In this document: positions 37,701 to 47,761 of the stretch, in pieces
Layout of the letters: each line of letters starts with the position of its first letter
Numbering within the stretch: the first letter of the stretch is position 1
Source of the DNA: Candidatus Cloacimonadota bacterium
GTDB lineage: Bacteria; Cloacimonadota; Cloacimonadia; Cloacimonadales; WRIO01
NCBI GenBank assembly: GCA_029564175.1
Contig: JAKQQL010000474.1
Span: 1 to 64,000, forward strand
Direction of reading: 5' to 3'
DNA: 64,000 bases
Notes under the pieces: generated by a model
Told to the model about the DNA's origin: nothing
What the model saw: only the letters and a program-made list of their open reading frames with translations
Database searches by the model: none
Program-made: the position numbers and the translations under genes

Positions 37701-39634
37701 GGGAATTTGTTGTTAAGGTAAAACTGGAAGGATTAAATATTTCAACTGGATTGGTTGAATTAAAGGTTGTTGATGCATCACAAAATAAATCCACAATCAC
37801 TTTGAATTGTAGTGGCATCAATAATAAGATTAGAAACATTTTAGTCAACAATAAAAGAATGGATGATAGTATTTTTGGTATTTCACCATTCATGAATCAG
37901 TCCAATCCTTTTTATGTTCAACCTTTTAAAGTAAATGAATCCAGAATTCTGAACAATGTTTCGATTCTTTCAACATTTCTTGATTTTTCGAGGCCAATTG
38001 TTATTAGTATTCAAGAATTTGAAAATGGTAAGCCTGGTAAAATTCTTACTCAAAAAATCATTTCAAAGGAATCTGATGTTTCAATTACCAATGTCATTAA
38101 TAGTTTAACACCGATACAAAAGATGAATGTCATTTTTAATCAACCTGTAATTTTAAGACCTGATCAAACATATTGTATTGGTATTAATTCTAGTTCACCT
38201 TCGTTGAATATTGGTATCATCCAAAAAGGTCAACCATCAATTTTTAATAATTTGATGATTACTAATCTGACACAAAATTATCCTCTTCGTCAATTGTTAG
38301 ATGAGGATTCTTATAAGGTTCTTGAGAATATGGAATTGTCATTTAATCTTGGAGTAAGTTCTGTGAGTGCTCCTGTTGTTAATGGATTTTATCAATCAGA
38401 AATTGTTTTTAAGGAAATCGAATTTCAGCCATCAGATAGAGGATATCATTTCTCTGTATTGATTGATGATTTGAATTATTTTGACAACCAAACAAAAGTT
38501 GATTATTATTACACCGTTGAAACTGAAAGCACTCCTGCTGGTGTGTATGGAACAATTTGGGAACAATTTTTGCCGTATACTGTAATTCAGAATAATTCAA
38601 AAATCATTAAACTTCAGATTAAAGCTGTATTAAAAACAAAGAACATTAATTATTCTCCAAGTGTTCACTTGTATCCATCTGTGGTAATTTATAAATATAA
38701 ATCATCTTCTAACTATATTTCAAAAGCTTTTGAATTGTTTGAAAATAATGCTGACAACGTTAAAATTTACTTTGATGCTTATTTGCCAACTGATAACCTT
38801 TTAAAGATTTACGTGTCTCCAAATGATTCAAGTGATTGGAGAGAAATTGATTATTCAAATGAAATTTCAAAATCAAATGGAACATTTGCCAAGTTTACAT
38901 ATCTGACAAAATTGTCATTGTTGAAACCAAACATTTTAGAAATTTCAAAAGATGGTTCGGGTAGTTTAACGGGTAAGTATTATTATCGAGTGGCTTTGTT
39001 AGATAGGGATGGATTTGAAATTGGTTCTGAATTAGTAGAAATTAATGGATGTTCGAATAATTCAGTGAAGTTAAAAATACAACCAGATAAAAACATGTAT
39101 GGTTTTAAAGTTTATAGGGGAATTACTTCTATTCAATTGAATCAGATTTATGATTCAACATCACATGCACTGTTAATACAAAATCTGGATAATCAATCAA
39201 CAACAGTATTCTTAGATACAAATAAACTCATTGATTTCCCAAATTCTGGTAAAATTAGAATTGACAATGAAATTATGACATTTACAAAATCTGGAAATGC
39301 TTTAACAGTTGTTCGTGGGTCTGATTCAACCAGAATTGAAAAACATGATGCCAATGGTGTCAGAGAAGCTTATTTGTGGGATCACGGAACAATTATTCAG
39401 GAATCATTAAATGGTCAATGTCCATCATTAATACAAGATGGAAATATATTCTATTTCAATTTTGTTGATAATGGTTCAAAATATTCTACTAATACTACAA
39501 AGGTATTTGTTCCTTCATCTACAAACCAAACTTCTATTTATCCCAAGTATATTTTGGTGAAGATTCAAATGATTAATAATTTGTTAAAAGATACTCCTTT
39601 AATCAAGAACTTGATTGTCAATGCCTTGGTTTAA
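34763..39634 (+). CDS. LamG-like plus DUF4815-like virion protein
   Basis: N-terminal LamG-like fold; FNFNRPGAHRL; GGAGG RBS. Confidence 0.8.
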   Translation: MAKYLKLASLTGNPLYVYDSRYQSDTSHYEADLIKLSGIDKYVFMDDDETKVFSVFANWIPTTCSISLKLQFNPLLLSKDFSLFGYGNDLNLSNSWGLFVKENKFQLLISNGLNYLTVVFPSFTFDNNFDFAKKYNLTFIQNAKTATIYLDNKKIDSIELPFSLVSSQINSKIFIGSLGDITRYDAFMGKIFEVGIWDRELFNEEIQDLTNFRIQDNPALQTNVKKIKIYQGKIYYEGIFHNVPESSVYIQCQGLETVDLCINEKIITENDDPDLLDSSVDYFNFNRPGAHRLSYEYQVVRNANPQNYDIVITLLKFLDGVKIFDLLEEQNGKTESNVVVPTPESLPDNLAEIVMDITGNFIVEGLDVSMVQGVDKYTLTLNPGKYYLNGKKYQLSSQRTFDIPKQFQTQKVYGEPVKYIENDTYRINKQPLTKSSTPEIVIPVVERNVMITKGIPGGQDSIQGFGNIIKLLKVQDTTTYLEEGNTSITPSCQLTGNKIDWSLPGNEPSEGSTYTANFIYNKLLIEGKDYYRCLGNKVQKEIVSYNASNLYPVYYEPEFIVRIKNGSMIFDNDDVVITGKTISFKNHSSLNNTQPIEIIYSFSSHSFFKNKWSIYFDPTSNEFNANYWGYINYDYDLADIYTLAIFGNNSIGLVKGLSGNLDTVSKANIDKNSLPITDILIDSSSFSENNSIKKYEWNRTPISQVVENLRRTERLEERVILSSLETEASSYASADILKGTFTDSLADYNYSNIYHPEFTGHIDMIDSLGNLCSGLEKKVFQTVGNANARFKEFGYMPIVSQQNNETIQISDVLKFGSNTESTFKSISVYNDYDYISESNDQWPQKFVDNILFNRRPIIPSTINTQSTNGMDIQNQSYLKSITEKLNKMVQWSSFKMTNKELILVGINHNSSESNLSVLVGNKEVQLEQVSLLFDNIKQQFYVPNVQTTTSTNKTVYIYEPIQSGSGWIVQDNKITCNLNGEFVVKVKLEGLNISTGLVELKVVDASQNKSTITLNCSGINNKIRNILVNNKRMDDSIFGISPFMNQSNPFYVQPFKVNESRILNNVSILSTFLDFSRPIVISIQEFENGKPGKILTQKIISKESDVSITNVINSLTPIQKMNVIFNQPVILRPDQTYCIGINSSSPSLNIGIIQKGQPSIFNNLMITNLTQNYPLRQLLDEDSYKVLENMELSFNLGVSSVSAPVVNGFYQSEIVFKEIEFQPSDRGYHFSVLIDDLNYFDNQTKVDYYYTVETESTPAGVYGTIWEQFLPYTVIQNNSKIIKLQIKAVLKTKNINYSPSVHLYPSVVIYKYKSSSNYISKAFELFENNADNVKIYFDAYLPTDNLLKIYVSPNDSSDWREIDYSNEISKSNGTFAKFTYLTKLSLLKPNILEISKDGSGSLTGKYYYRVALLDRDGFEIGSELVEINGCSNNSVKLKIQPDKNMYGFKVYRGITSIQLNQIYDSTSHALLIQNLDNQSTTVFLDTNKLIDFPNSGKIRIDNEIMTFTKSGNALTVVRGSDSTRIEKHDANGVREAYLWDHGTIIQESLNGQCPSLIQDGNIFYFNFVDNGSKYSTNTTKVFVPSSTNQTSIYPKYILVKIQMINNLLKDTPLIKNLIVNALV

Positions 39635-39652
39635 TAAAGAGAGGTATATTAA

Positions 39653-42600
39653 ATGAAATCAATTATGGATGCTACTAGGAAGCCGTATTATGATTCATCG
39701 GCTGAAGAAATAAGTAAAGGATATGTCAAATTATTGTCAGTTCCCGGAAGAACATTACAAAATAGAGAATTGAATGTAATGACCGGATTGACAATGGAAC
39801 ATATCAAAAATATTGGGGATAACATTTTAACAAATGGAACGGTTGTGTCTGGATGCTCTTTCTTTCTCCGAGAAGATATAGGGAGAGCATCCCTTTCCAA
39901 TGGTAAAATTTATGTTGATGGATATATCATTGATATTCCGAATGCTGAATGGCCCATTGAAGATGTTATTGAAGGTGTCAAATTTATTTGTGTTGAAATC
40001 CATCAAATGGCAATTACCGAAGAAGATGACCCATTATTAAAAGACCCTGCTGAAAAGTATGAAAACTATGGTGAACCAGGCGCTCATAGATTGAAAATTA
40101 TTTCTGTTCCATTAATCTTTACGGAAGAGGAATTGAAAATTGCTCAGTCTGGTTCCAGAAGAATCATTGATATTTTGAAATTGATTAATGGGCGTCTTAT
40201 TGGCCCAACTAAACCAAAACCTGCTTTTGGTAAAATGTATGATTATCTTGCTCATAGAACATTTGATGAAGTTGGCAATTTTATTGTCAAGGGAATGAAA
40301 GTTTCCTGTTCTTCTGATGAATCAACGATTGAAAGATACAAGATCAATATTACTCCCGGCAGAGCTTATGTAATGGGATATGAATACAGTTATGATAATC
40401 AAAATATCAAAAATAAATCTGCCATTGATAGTAAAAATTCAACAGTTGATGAAGTGAGAACATTTACTTCTTCGGTTAAAGAATATAAACTGTTTAAACC
40501 AAATGTCAAGCTTATTGAAAAAATTCAATGTCAAGTTCGAAATAATAACTTCCAAGTTATTCGATCAGTTTCAGGCTCCATGTCTGATATTTTGAAACTT
40601 GATTCTGTAAAAGAAATTCATCAGATTTTTCAAGGGAATAATGTTTATGTAAATGGAAGAGATTGGACAAGGGATGGTAATTCAATTGTGTGGTTATCAT
40701 CAAATAGACCTGCTTCTGGTTCAACATTCTTTGTTGATATTTCCTATATAAGAAGATATTATGAAGGTGTTGATTATTCTCTTTCTGTTGATGATGACAA
40801 TTATACCATCATAATGTTTCAAGTTGATCCAGAAGAAAATTCGGATTTTACCATTACTTATACTTGGTATCTTTCACGTTATGATTTAGTTTATATTGAC
40901 ATTTCTGGTGAGTTAAAAGTAATTTCTGGTATTGCTGGTGAAGAGTGGGAAATAACAGTTCCACAAATTCCAATTAATACTCTTCCATTGGCTTATATCT
41001 ATGTCAAACCAGGCAAACAACCATCAAGTTATTCAGTTCAAATGTTTAATATTTATAGAGTTTCGGTTGTTGATCAAAGAGCCAATATTGATAGACTTAA
41101 CAATTTGGAATTCAATTTAGCTATGACAGCACTTGAAACAGAAGCCCAAAAGATACATGAACAGAAAGATGAATCACAATCAAGTGGTAATTTAAAAGGT
41201 ATTTATGTTGATTCATTTGCTGATTTTTCAAGATCAGACTATTATCATCCTGATTATAGAGCAGGCATTAATATCTTTGAACAAGAATTAAGATTACCAC
41301 TGGTTTCTGAAATTCTTGGTGTTAAGGAAATTGAAAACAATCAAATCATTGATACATCCTCTACTACATTCAATAATGATTATATGATTTCTCTTCCTTA
41401 TTCTGAAATGGCAATTGACTGGCAAAGATATGCAACAGATTCAATTGATTTGAATCCTTATAATTTGATTCCATTGAAACCAATCTTGGAAGTTAAACCG
41501 CCATATTCAGTAAAGATTGAAGAACGTATTGCTAGAGATACAGAAGTTATTTTACCATTAAAGACATTTATGTCAAGTTCAACAATTCGAAATTCTACAT
41601 CAAGAACCGTTAGCACATCAACAACGGTTGGAAGTGGAAATACTGTTATTAGTAGTTGGAGTTCTGTTTCAACATCATCAACAACTTCAACATCAACTTC
41701 AAGATCAGTTAAAAATGAAACATTTAAAAATATTTCAATGAAATTTCTTGAGGATTTAGATACTGGATTGATGCCACAAGAAACATTGAGAATCAAGGGA
41801 AGGAATTTTATTCCATTTTCAGAAGTGCGATTGAATTTTAATGATGTTTTAATTACTTCTTTCAATCTCTTGCCAAATATGGGCACTGTCGGAAGTTTGC
41901 CATATCAGATTAAAACAAATAGTCGTGGGGAATTCGAATTAGATTTCAAAACGCCTGTTGCAACATCAACTGGAACAAAGTTGATTATGGTGGCTGAATA
42001 TAAACAAATCAACAATGTATGGCAATCAACTGACACTGTTGCCATTACTTCTTATACTGGACTTTCTTTTATTCGTGAAATGGAAAGAATTACAGAAGTT
42101 CAGAACATTCAAAGAATCTACGATACTATGTATATCAACACTTTGAATACTACAACTGTTAGTGTTGTTAATCAATTAGGATGGACATGGCGAGGCGATC
42201 CATTGGCACAATCTTTCTGGTTTGATGAAGATACATTCATTTCAAGTTTTGATTTGTTCTTTGAATCAAAGCCTGAAAATCCAGAGATTAAAGAAATTTG
42301 GTATATGATTAGGGAAATATCTGGTGGGGAACCAAATGGCCCAATTCTTTATAGATCAACTTTGCGATGGGAAGATATTAAAACTTCGCCAGATGCAACA
42401 ATTCCAACAAACTTTAAATTCAATTTCCCAATATATTGTCAACCTTCAAAAGAATACGCTTTGATTGTTGGCTGTGATAGGCCGGGATATAAGATTTATT
42501 TTGCTAAGATGAGTAATAAAGATATCATGACAAATACTTTATTACAGTCTCAAACACATAAGGGAACAATGTTTACATCTTCAAATAATGTTTCATGGAC

Positions 42601-42985
42601 GACACATCAAGACCAAGACTTAACATTTACACTCTATCGTGCTAAATTCAATCCGATTGGAACATTGCTATTTAAACCATTGTCATTATCTCTTGGGAAA
42701 TTTTCACTCATGAATATTTCATTTGATTCTATCGTTTTGGAAGAGACAGAAATCAAAACAACATACCAAATTAATAATAAAGAATGGTATATTTGTCCAT
42801 TGTCCGAATCAATTTCAATAGAATCGAATTATGATGACAGACAAGATATCATTTTTAAATTCGAATTGTCAACTTCTGATGATAGAAAGACACCATTTAT
42901 CAATTTAAATACTCTTTCAATGTTGTTTGCTAAATATGGATTGACTGGGTCTTATATTATGAGAAGCATGGAAATTCCAAATTAA
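39653..42985 (+). CDS. DUF4815-like virion structural protein
   Basis: PGRTLQNRELN; NYGEPGAHRLK; DPLAQSF. Confidence 0.85.
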   Translation: MKSIMDATRKPYYDSSAEEISKGYVKLLSVPGRTLQNRELNVMTGLTMEHIKNIGDNILTNGTVVSGCSFFLREDIGRASLSNGKIYVDGYIIDIPNAEWPIEDVIEGVKFICVEIHQMAITEEDDPLLKDPAEKYENYGEPGAHRLKIISVPLIFTEEELKIAQSGSRRIIDILKLINGRLIGPTKPKPAFGKMYDYLAHRTFDEVGNFIVKGMKVSCSSDESTIERYKINITPGRAYVMGYEYSYDNQNIKNKSAIDSKNSTVDEVRTFTSSVKEYKLFKPNVKLIEKIQCQVRNNNFQVIRSVSGSMSDILKLDSVKEIHQIFQGNNVYVNGRDWTRDGNSIVWLSSNRPASGSTFFVDISYIRRYYEGVDYSLSVDDDNYTIIMFQVDPEENSDFTITYTWYLSRYDLVYIDISGELKVISGIAGEEWEITVPQIPINTLPLAYIYVKPGKQPSSYSVQMFNIYRVSVVDQRANIDRLNNLEFNLAMTALETEAQKIHEQKDESQSSGNLKGIYVDSFADFSRSDYYHPDYRAGINIFEQELRLPLVSEILGVKEIENNQIIDTSSTTFNNDYMISLPYSEMAIDWQRYATDSIDLNPYNLIPLKPILEVKPPYSVKIEERIARDTEVILPLKTFMSSSTIRNSTSRTVSTSTTVGSGNTVISSWSSVSTSSTTSTSTSRSVKNETFKNISMKFLEDLDTGLMPQETLRIKGRNFIPFSEVRLNFNDVLITSFNLLPNMGTVGSLPYQIKTNSRGEFELDFKTPVATSTGTKLIMVAEYKQINNVWQSTDTVAITSYTGLSFIREMERITEVQNIQRIYDTMYINTLNTTTVSVVNQLGWTWRGDPLAQSFWFDEDTFISSFDLFFESKPENPEIKEIWYMIREISGGEPNGPILYRSTLRWEDIKTSPDATIPTNFKFNFPIYCQPSKEYALIVGCDRPGYKIYFAKMSNKDIMTNTLLQSQTHKGTMFTSSNNVSWTTHQDQDLTFTLYRAKFNPIGTLLFKPLSLSLGKFSLMNISFDSIVLEETEIKTTYQINNKEWYICPLSESISIESNYDDRQDIIFKFELSTSDDRKTPFINLNTLSMLFAKYGLTGSYIMRSMEIPN

Positions 42986-42997
42986 AGGTGATTAAAT

Positions 42998-45520
42998 ATG
43001 GTTGTTCAAAATCCTGTTCAAAATCAAATTCAAACTAGTGAATTTATGAATAAAATTAGAGTTGTATGGAAGGAGAGTGTGGATAGATCAATTCACACTC
43101 TTTCACCAAGTTTATCATTTGATGGTGGGTTGTATTGGATTTCATTGAGTGAAAATGTAAATGCAATGAGACAACAAGAAGTTGTTTCAACTGATACAAT
43201 GGAAAGAAAATCATTAGGTGATAATTATTATCAAATGGATGTTTGTATTAGTCCAACTCCTGTTGTTATTCCATTCATTGAAAGAGTTGAAATTAAAAAT
43301 TCAGCTTTTGGCTTTGCAAGTGGTAAGAAATGGTATTTTGCGGTTGCATCGGAATCTTATGATGTTCCGAATATCTCAAAAGAAGATGGATCAATTAGAA
43401 ATACCTATTTCCATTCACCACTATCTAAAATTGAATGTGTTGATTTGACTAATAAAACTGGAAATTTTGAAATTGATCTTTTTGTAAAATACCCTGATTT
43501 TATCAATGGTATTCTTGTTTACGTTGGAGAATCGCCAGAATCAATGGTTCTTTATCAACATACAAATATGGCTACTGAAATTTTTGACAATGGATCAACA
43601 CAATCTCCTTATTTCATTACGGAAAGTGATAATATTATCTATTTGAGAAATGCTGATTATTTTCCGAAAACTAACGGGGTTATTAAAATTGATTCCGAAT
43701 ATATTCAATACTCTCTTCTTGAGTCCGTAGAAAATGTTTTAACCACTGGAATACCCGGTTATAAAATGACTGTTGCTCAAAGGGGATATTGGGGAACAAA
43801 ACCGGAAAAACACTATTCCATGAATCAAAATCCTGTTCTGTTAGCTAATCACAGGTTTGGTGGACAATATGGTGAGATTGCACCAAAGATTTGGCCTAAG
43901 CTTCAAATGGTGCCAAATTTGATCCAATATCTTCCTTTTGATAATAGCGATTATTCAAATTATTTGATAAAAGACCCAGATACAACTTCTGAAGTTCTTA
44001 TGCAAGATGTTTTGGAAGTTCCAGCAAATCAAAATGGATTATCTTTTTCAAAAGAAATTTCCATTACACAATTTGGGCAATCATTAAAAATGAACAGTAT
44101 TTCTTGTTTGAATCCAAATATTGCTTGGACAAAGATTAATTCTGCTGGCGAAACGGAAGTTGTAAATGGTTTGCCTGCTAGTGGAACAATTCATTTTTAT
44201 GTTGCTCTTGATTCTTTGCCAAAGCCATCAGAGAATGGAATATTTGAAGAGGACAAATTCTTATTTGGAGAAGATTCAAAACTTTGGATGAGAGTATCAA
44301 ATAAAACAATGAAACCATATCTTGGATTTGGTGTAAAAGAGAATGGATTATTTACCGATAAGAATCTTTCTTTGGAAAATGATTCAAGTGTTCCTTCATT
44401 GAAAATTGGTCAATTTACGGAAATTGCTGTTGCATGGGACACTGAGATTGATTCTTCAAATAAAGCTGTCAAACAAATTTATTTTTATGTAGACAATGAA
44501 TTGATTGACACATATTCAATTCCAAATGATCCTAATTTGGGTGCACCTTTCTTAGGTGCCTGTAAGCAAACTAAAAATAGTAATATTCCTCTTCATATTT
44601 TCAAAGGCTATATTGATGAGTGGAGAGTATTTAATCGTTGTTTAGATCAAGATGATTTAATTGAATTGAGTCAATTTGTCAAAACATCAAATAGAGATTA
44701 TTGTGGCAAATATAGTTTATTTGATGATTCCCAGTATAAATTTTTAGCTAAACCATATTTTGAAATCAGTGCATCACCAATTGCAACAATTTCTTTAACA
44801 AAAGATCAATATCCAAATATTTTTAATGATTTTAATGATTTTAATGATGATTGTGTGTGTATTTATTTTGGAAATGTTAAACAAACAAATGGGTATACAG
44901 TTTCAAAAGATACGAATCAAATTACAATCACATTTAGCCCAACTGTTCCGGTTAATACCAGAGTTGGTGTTTTTTCAAATAGTATTAACAAATATGAACC
45001 AAAATATAAACTCTTGGTAAATGGATTATTGAACGATACTCATAATAGTATTTCTCCTTCATATTCAAAATTAGTTGTTGAAAATGTGCAAGGAGAATTA
45101 TTGCCAAGTGGTATGGATTTAGGTAAATTGGAAAACGTTTTTATTGATGCCATGTCTAAAAAAGATTTGTATATTTATGAAAGAACTGGCACAAGCCCAA
45201 ATTATGTTTATACACTCTATTCAAATTGGGATGTAGAACCGTTAAATGGTGTTCAAGATAAATATAAATTTACTTTTGGAAATGCTTCATCCAAAACATT
45301 AGTATTTTATTTTTCACCACAAACAGACGTATCTTTACAATTAAATAATTGGGCCCTTGAACTTGGATATGATTATGACAATCAACAAATTCCATACCCA
45401 ATTAAATCAAATAATTTGAAATTGAAAATGGATATGTCTTCCTTGAGTATTTTTAGCACTCCGAAGGTAAAAGAGCTCTTTTTGATTGTGTCAAAAACAT
45501 CTATGCCTGATATGTTATAA
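42998..45520 (+). CDS. virion protein with LamG-like domain
   Basis: FKGYIDEWRVFNRCL; similarity to paralog C-termini. Confidence 0.7.
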   Translation: MVVQNPVQNQIQTSEFMNKIRVVWKESVDRSIHTLSPSLSFDGGLYWISLSENVNAMRQQEVVSTDTMERKSLGDNYYQMDVCISPTPVVIPFIERVEIKNSAFGFASGKKWYFAVASESYDVPNISKEDGSIRNTYFHSPLSKIECVDLTNKTGNFEIDLFVKYPDFINGILVYVGESPESMVLYQHTNMATEIFDNGSTQSPYFITESDNIIYLRNADYFPKTNGVIKIDSEYIQYSLLESVENVLTTGIPGYKMTVAQRGYWGTKPEKHYSMNQNPVLLANHRFGGQYGEIAPKIWPKLQMVPNLIQYLPFDNSDYSNYLIKDPDTTSEVLMQDVLEVPANQNGLSFSKEISITQFGQSLKMNSISCLNPNIAWTKINSAGETEVVNGLPASGTIHFYVALDSLPKPSENGIFEEDKFLFGEDSKLWMRVSNKTMKPYLGFGVKENGLFTDKNLSLENDSSVPSLKIGQFTEIAVAWDTEIDSSNKAVKQIYFYVDNELIDTYSIPNDPNLGAPFLGACKQTKNSNIPLHIFKGYIDEWRVFNRCLDQDDLIELSQFVKTSNRDYCGKYSLFDDSQYKFLAKPYFEISASPIATISLTKDQYPNIFNDFNDFNDDCVCIYFGNVKQTNGYTVSKDTNQITITFSPTVPVNTRVGVFSNSINKYEPKYKLLVNGLLNDTHNSISPSYSKLVVENVQGELLPSGMDLGKLENVFIDAMSKKDLYIYERTGTSPNYVYTLYSNWDVEPLNGVQDKYKFTFGNASSKTLVFYFSPQTDVSLQLNNWALELGYDYDNQQIPYPIKSNNLKLKMDMSSLSIFSTPKVKELFLIVSKTSMPDML

Positions 45521-45536
45521 TGAAAGGAAATTCAAC

Positions 45537-45740
45537 ATGGCAGTTAAAAAAAGAGACCCTATTAGTGGGGCTATCATATATGAACAGACGGCTGAAGAGA
45601 AATTAACAGAGAATTTAAGATTAGAGATTAAAACATTAAAAAAAGAAGTTTCCAATCTTAAAGACTTTCGGGTTCAATCCATAGCTTTGATACAACAATT
45701 GACTGAACGAATTGATAAATTGGAAAATGGGGGTAATTAA
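45537..45740 (+). CDS. small coiled-coil protein (MAVKKRDPISGAI...)
   Basis: AAAGGA RBS before ATG 45537. Confidence 0.7.
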   Translation: MAVKKRDPISGAIIYEQTAEEKLTENLRLEIKTLKKEVSNLKDFRVQSIALIQQLTERIDKLENGGN

Positions 45741-45908
45741 ATGCCCAATTATCATGGCAATTTTAAAATTGATGATTTGAACATTGCTCAATTTTTAAAT
45801 GAATTGGAAATTGTTCTGTTAGAACTAATGGATAAAAATGGGATTGATCCTAAAGACTTTAAATTATTTAAACAAATAGGTGCACATTATACGGTCAAAA
45901 AAGATTGA
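45741..45908 (+). CDS. small hypothetical protein
   Basis: 55-aa ORF read manually; GGGGGT RBS-like. Confidence 0.45.
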   Translation: MPNYHGNFKIDDLNIAQFLNELEIVLLELMDKNGIDPKDFKLFKQIGAHYTVKKD

Positions 45909-45985
45909 TCCTATAAATAAAAAGAGAATAAAATTAAATTGGTGGTGGAGATTCTGCCGCCAATTTTTTCATAGGGAGTGCTATT

Positions 45986-47761
45986 ATGGCTGAAATTGTA
46001 AAAGTTTCAAATACAATGGAAGAATTACGACTTCTATTAAATAAATTCTTTGGTAATTATTTTAATGATTCGACATTCCCATTAGACGACGGGATTATGA
46101 CAATTACTTATAATCCAACATCCAAATTAGCTGAATTGAAAATCAATATTAATGGAACTCCTGTTTCTTTAATTCAAAAAAATGTTGAAAATAATACAAT
46201 TGAATTTCCATTTCCAATCAAGGCTGAAGAATTGGAAGTTGATAGATTAGTTGTTAAAGAACAGATCAATCAAAAAGAAGTTGAATTTTTAAAAATACAA
46301 GATAAAGAAATTATTCTAAACGATGGATTAACAGGAAATAATGATTTGAGTGCCATTGGTAATGCTATGATTTCTGTTAATCGTGGTTCATTACCAAAAG
46401 TAAGTATGAAATGGAATGAAATTACAAACACTTTTGAATTTACCAATGATGGTGTTAATTTCAGTCCTTTCTTAACAAAAAATGCTAATGGATATGATTT
46501 TACAAAATCCAATGGTATTGTTCTCAAGATTGACACTGGATTGAAAATTGAGAATACGTCTTTTCAATTGGTTTTCAAAAGTGGTCAATGGTATATCACT
46601 GATAATGTTAATGGTGAATTTCCGTTAGTCCCTTCTGCATCACAAAAGTTTGCTACACAACAAGAAGTAAATACAGGTGTTGTAAATGATAAATCTGTTG
46701 CACCAAACACACTAAAAGTTTATGTTCAAAATCAAATTCAAACTGCTGTAGATAATCTACCTGATCCTCCTACAGTTCCAACATTTGCTGATAATGCAGA
46801 ATCTTTGGCGGGAACAGTAGATAATAAAATTATTTCTCCAAAGACATTGAAACATGTTCTTGACAATACGGTTGTATCTGGTGGTGGCGGAAGTTCATAT
46901 ATTACTCTTCTTCATACTTCTAATACGTTGGAAACATTGTCTAATGAATATAATATCATGGCTGTTGGCTATTTCATTTCTCAAAAGTCTAGACATTCAC
47001 AGACATTAAAATTGTATCTTGAAAGATTTAATACATTCAAACGTTCGAATCGTTTACATTCCGATGGAGCCGTTACTTCATCAACTCCAGTGCCACAATC
47101 TGATATTAAAATTACTGTTGAAGATTCTGATGGCCATATTATTACAGTGGAAGAAAACAATATTGACATAATGAGTGGTTCAGATTTAATCTATAAGATT
47201 TATGAATTGAATTGTAATACTTTGAATGATAAAGATTTGTGGACTATTAAAATTTATGGCAAAACTAATAATTCACTTTCTGAAACAATCTATCTAAATA
47301 TTGCTAGATGTAAATTGTATTCAGTTCCTTCTTATGACTGTTCTGTCAATGGTATGATAACCGTATCTCCTAAAATTGATTTCAATAATGTTGGTTCATA
47401 TCAATTAGTAGATACAAAATATGTTTTAGCACATCAATTTTTTGGTGATGCAAATGCTGCTCTTGAATTTGTCTGTAAATTGAATTATTATATCAGTCAT
47501 GTTCTTTCTAACGATACACAATTTGATCCTATTGTGAAAGTTCTTGTTAAAGCTGAACATCCAGCTACAAAAGAAATAATTATAGAATCAATTGAAATGA
47601 ATGTGAAAAATAATAAATCAGGCAAAATTTCTATTGGTAGAATACCATATCCTGATGCTCCTGCTTCATATTTAACAGTTGAAATATATGTTAAAAATAA
47701 TATTTTGCCATTACAAGGGTATGTCGAATTGGAGCATTATGAATTAAGGATGTTGAGTTAA
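45986..47761 (+). CDS. tail fibre protein
   Basis: fibre repeats ATQQEVNTG..DKSVAPNTLK and ADNAESLAG..NKIISPKTLK. Confidence 0.75.
   Translation: MAEIVKVSNTMEELRLLLNKFFGNYFNDSTFPLDDGIMTITYNPTSKLAELKININGTPVSLIQKNVENNTIEFPFPIKAEELEVDRLVVKEQINQKEVEFLKIQDKEIILNDGLTGNNDLSAIGNAMISVNRGSLPKVSMKWNEITNTFEFTNDGVNFSPFLTKNANGYDFTKSNGIVLKIDTGLKIENTSFQLVFKSGQWYITDNVNGEFPLVPSASQKFATQQEVNTGVVNDKSVAPNTLKVYVQNQIQTAVDNLPDPPTVPTFADNAESLAGTVDNKIISPKTLKHVLDNTVVSGGGGSSYITLLHTSNTLETLSNEYNIMAVGYFISQKSRHSQTLKLYLERFNTFKRSNRLHSDGAVTSSTPVPQSDIKITVEDSDGHIITVEENNIDIMSGSDLIYKIYELNCNTLNDKDLWTIKIYGKTNNSLSETIYLNIARCKLYSVPSYDCSVNGMITVSPKIDFNNVGSYQLVDTKYVLAHQFFGDANAALEFVCKLNYYISHVLSNDTQFDPIVKVLVKAEHPATKEIIIESIEMNVKNNKSGKISIGRIPYPDAPASYLTVEIYVKNNILPLQGYVELEHYELRMLS
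47038..47073 (+). repeat. copy of tRNA-Ser(GCT) 3' end joined to Y-RNA 5' end inside the fibre gene
   Basis: 26 nt identical to 6966-6991 followed by 10 nt identical to 7004-7013. Confidence 0.85.
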
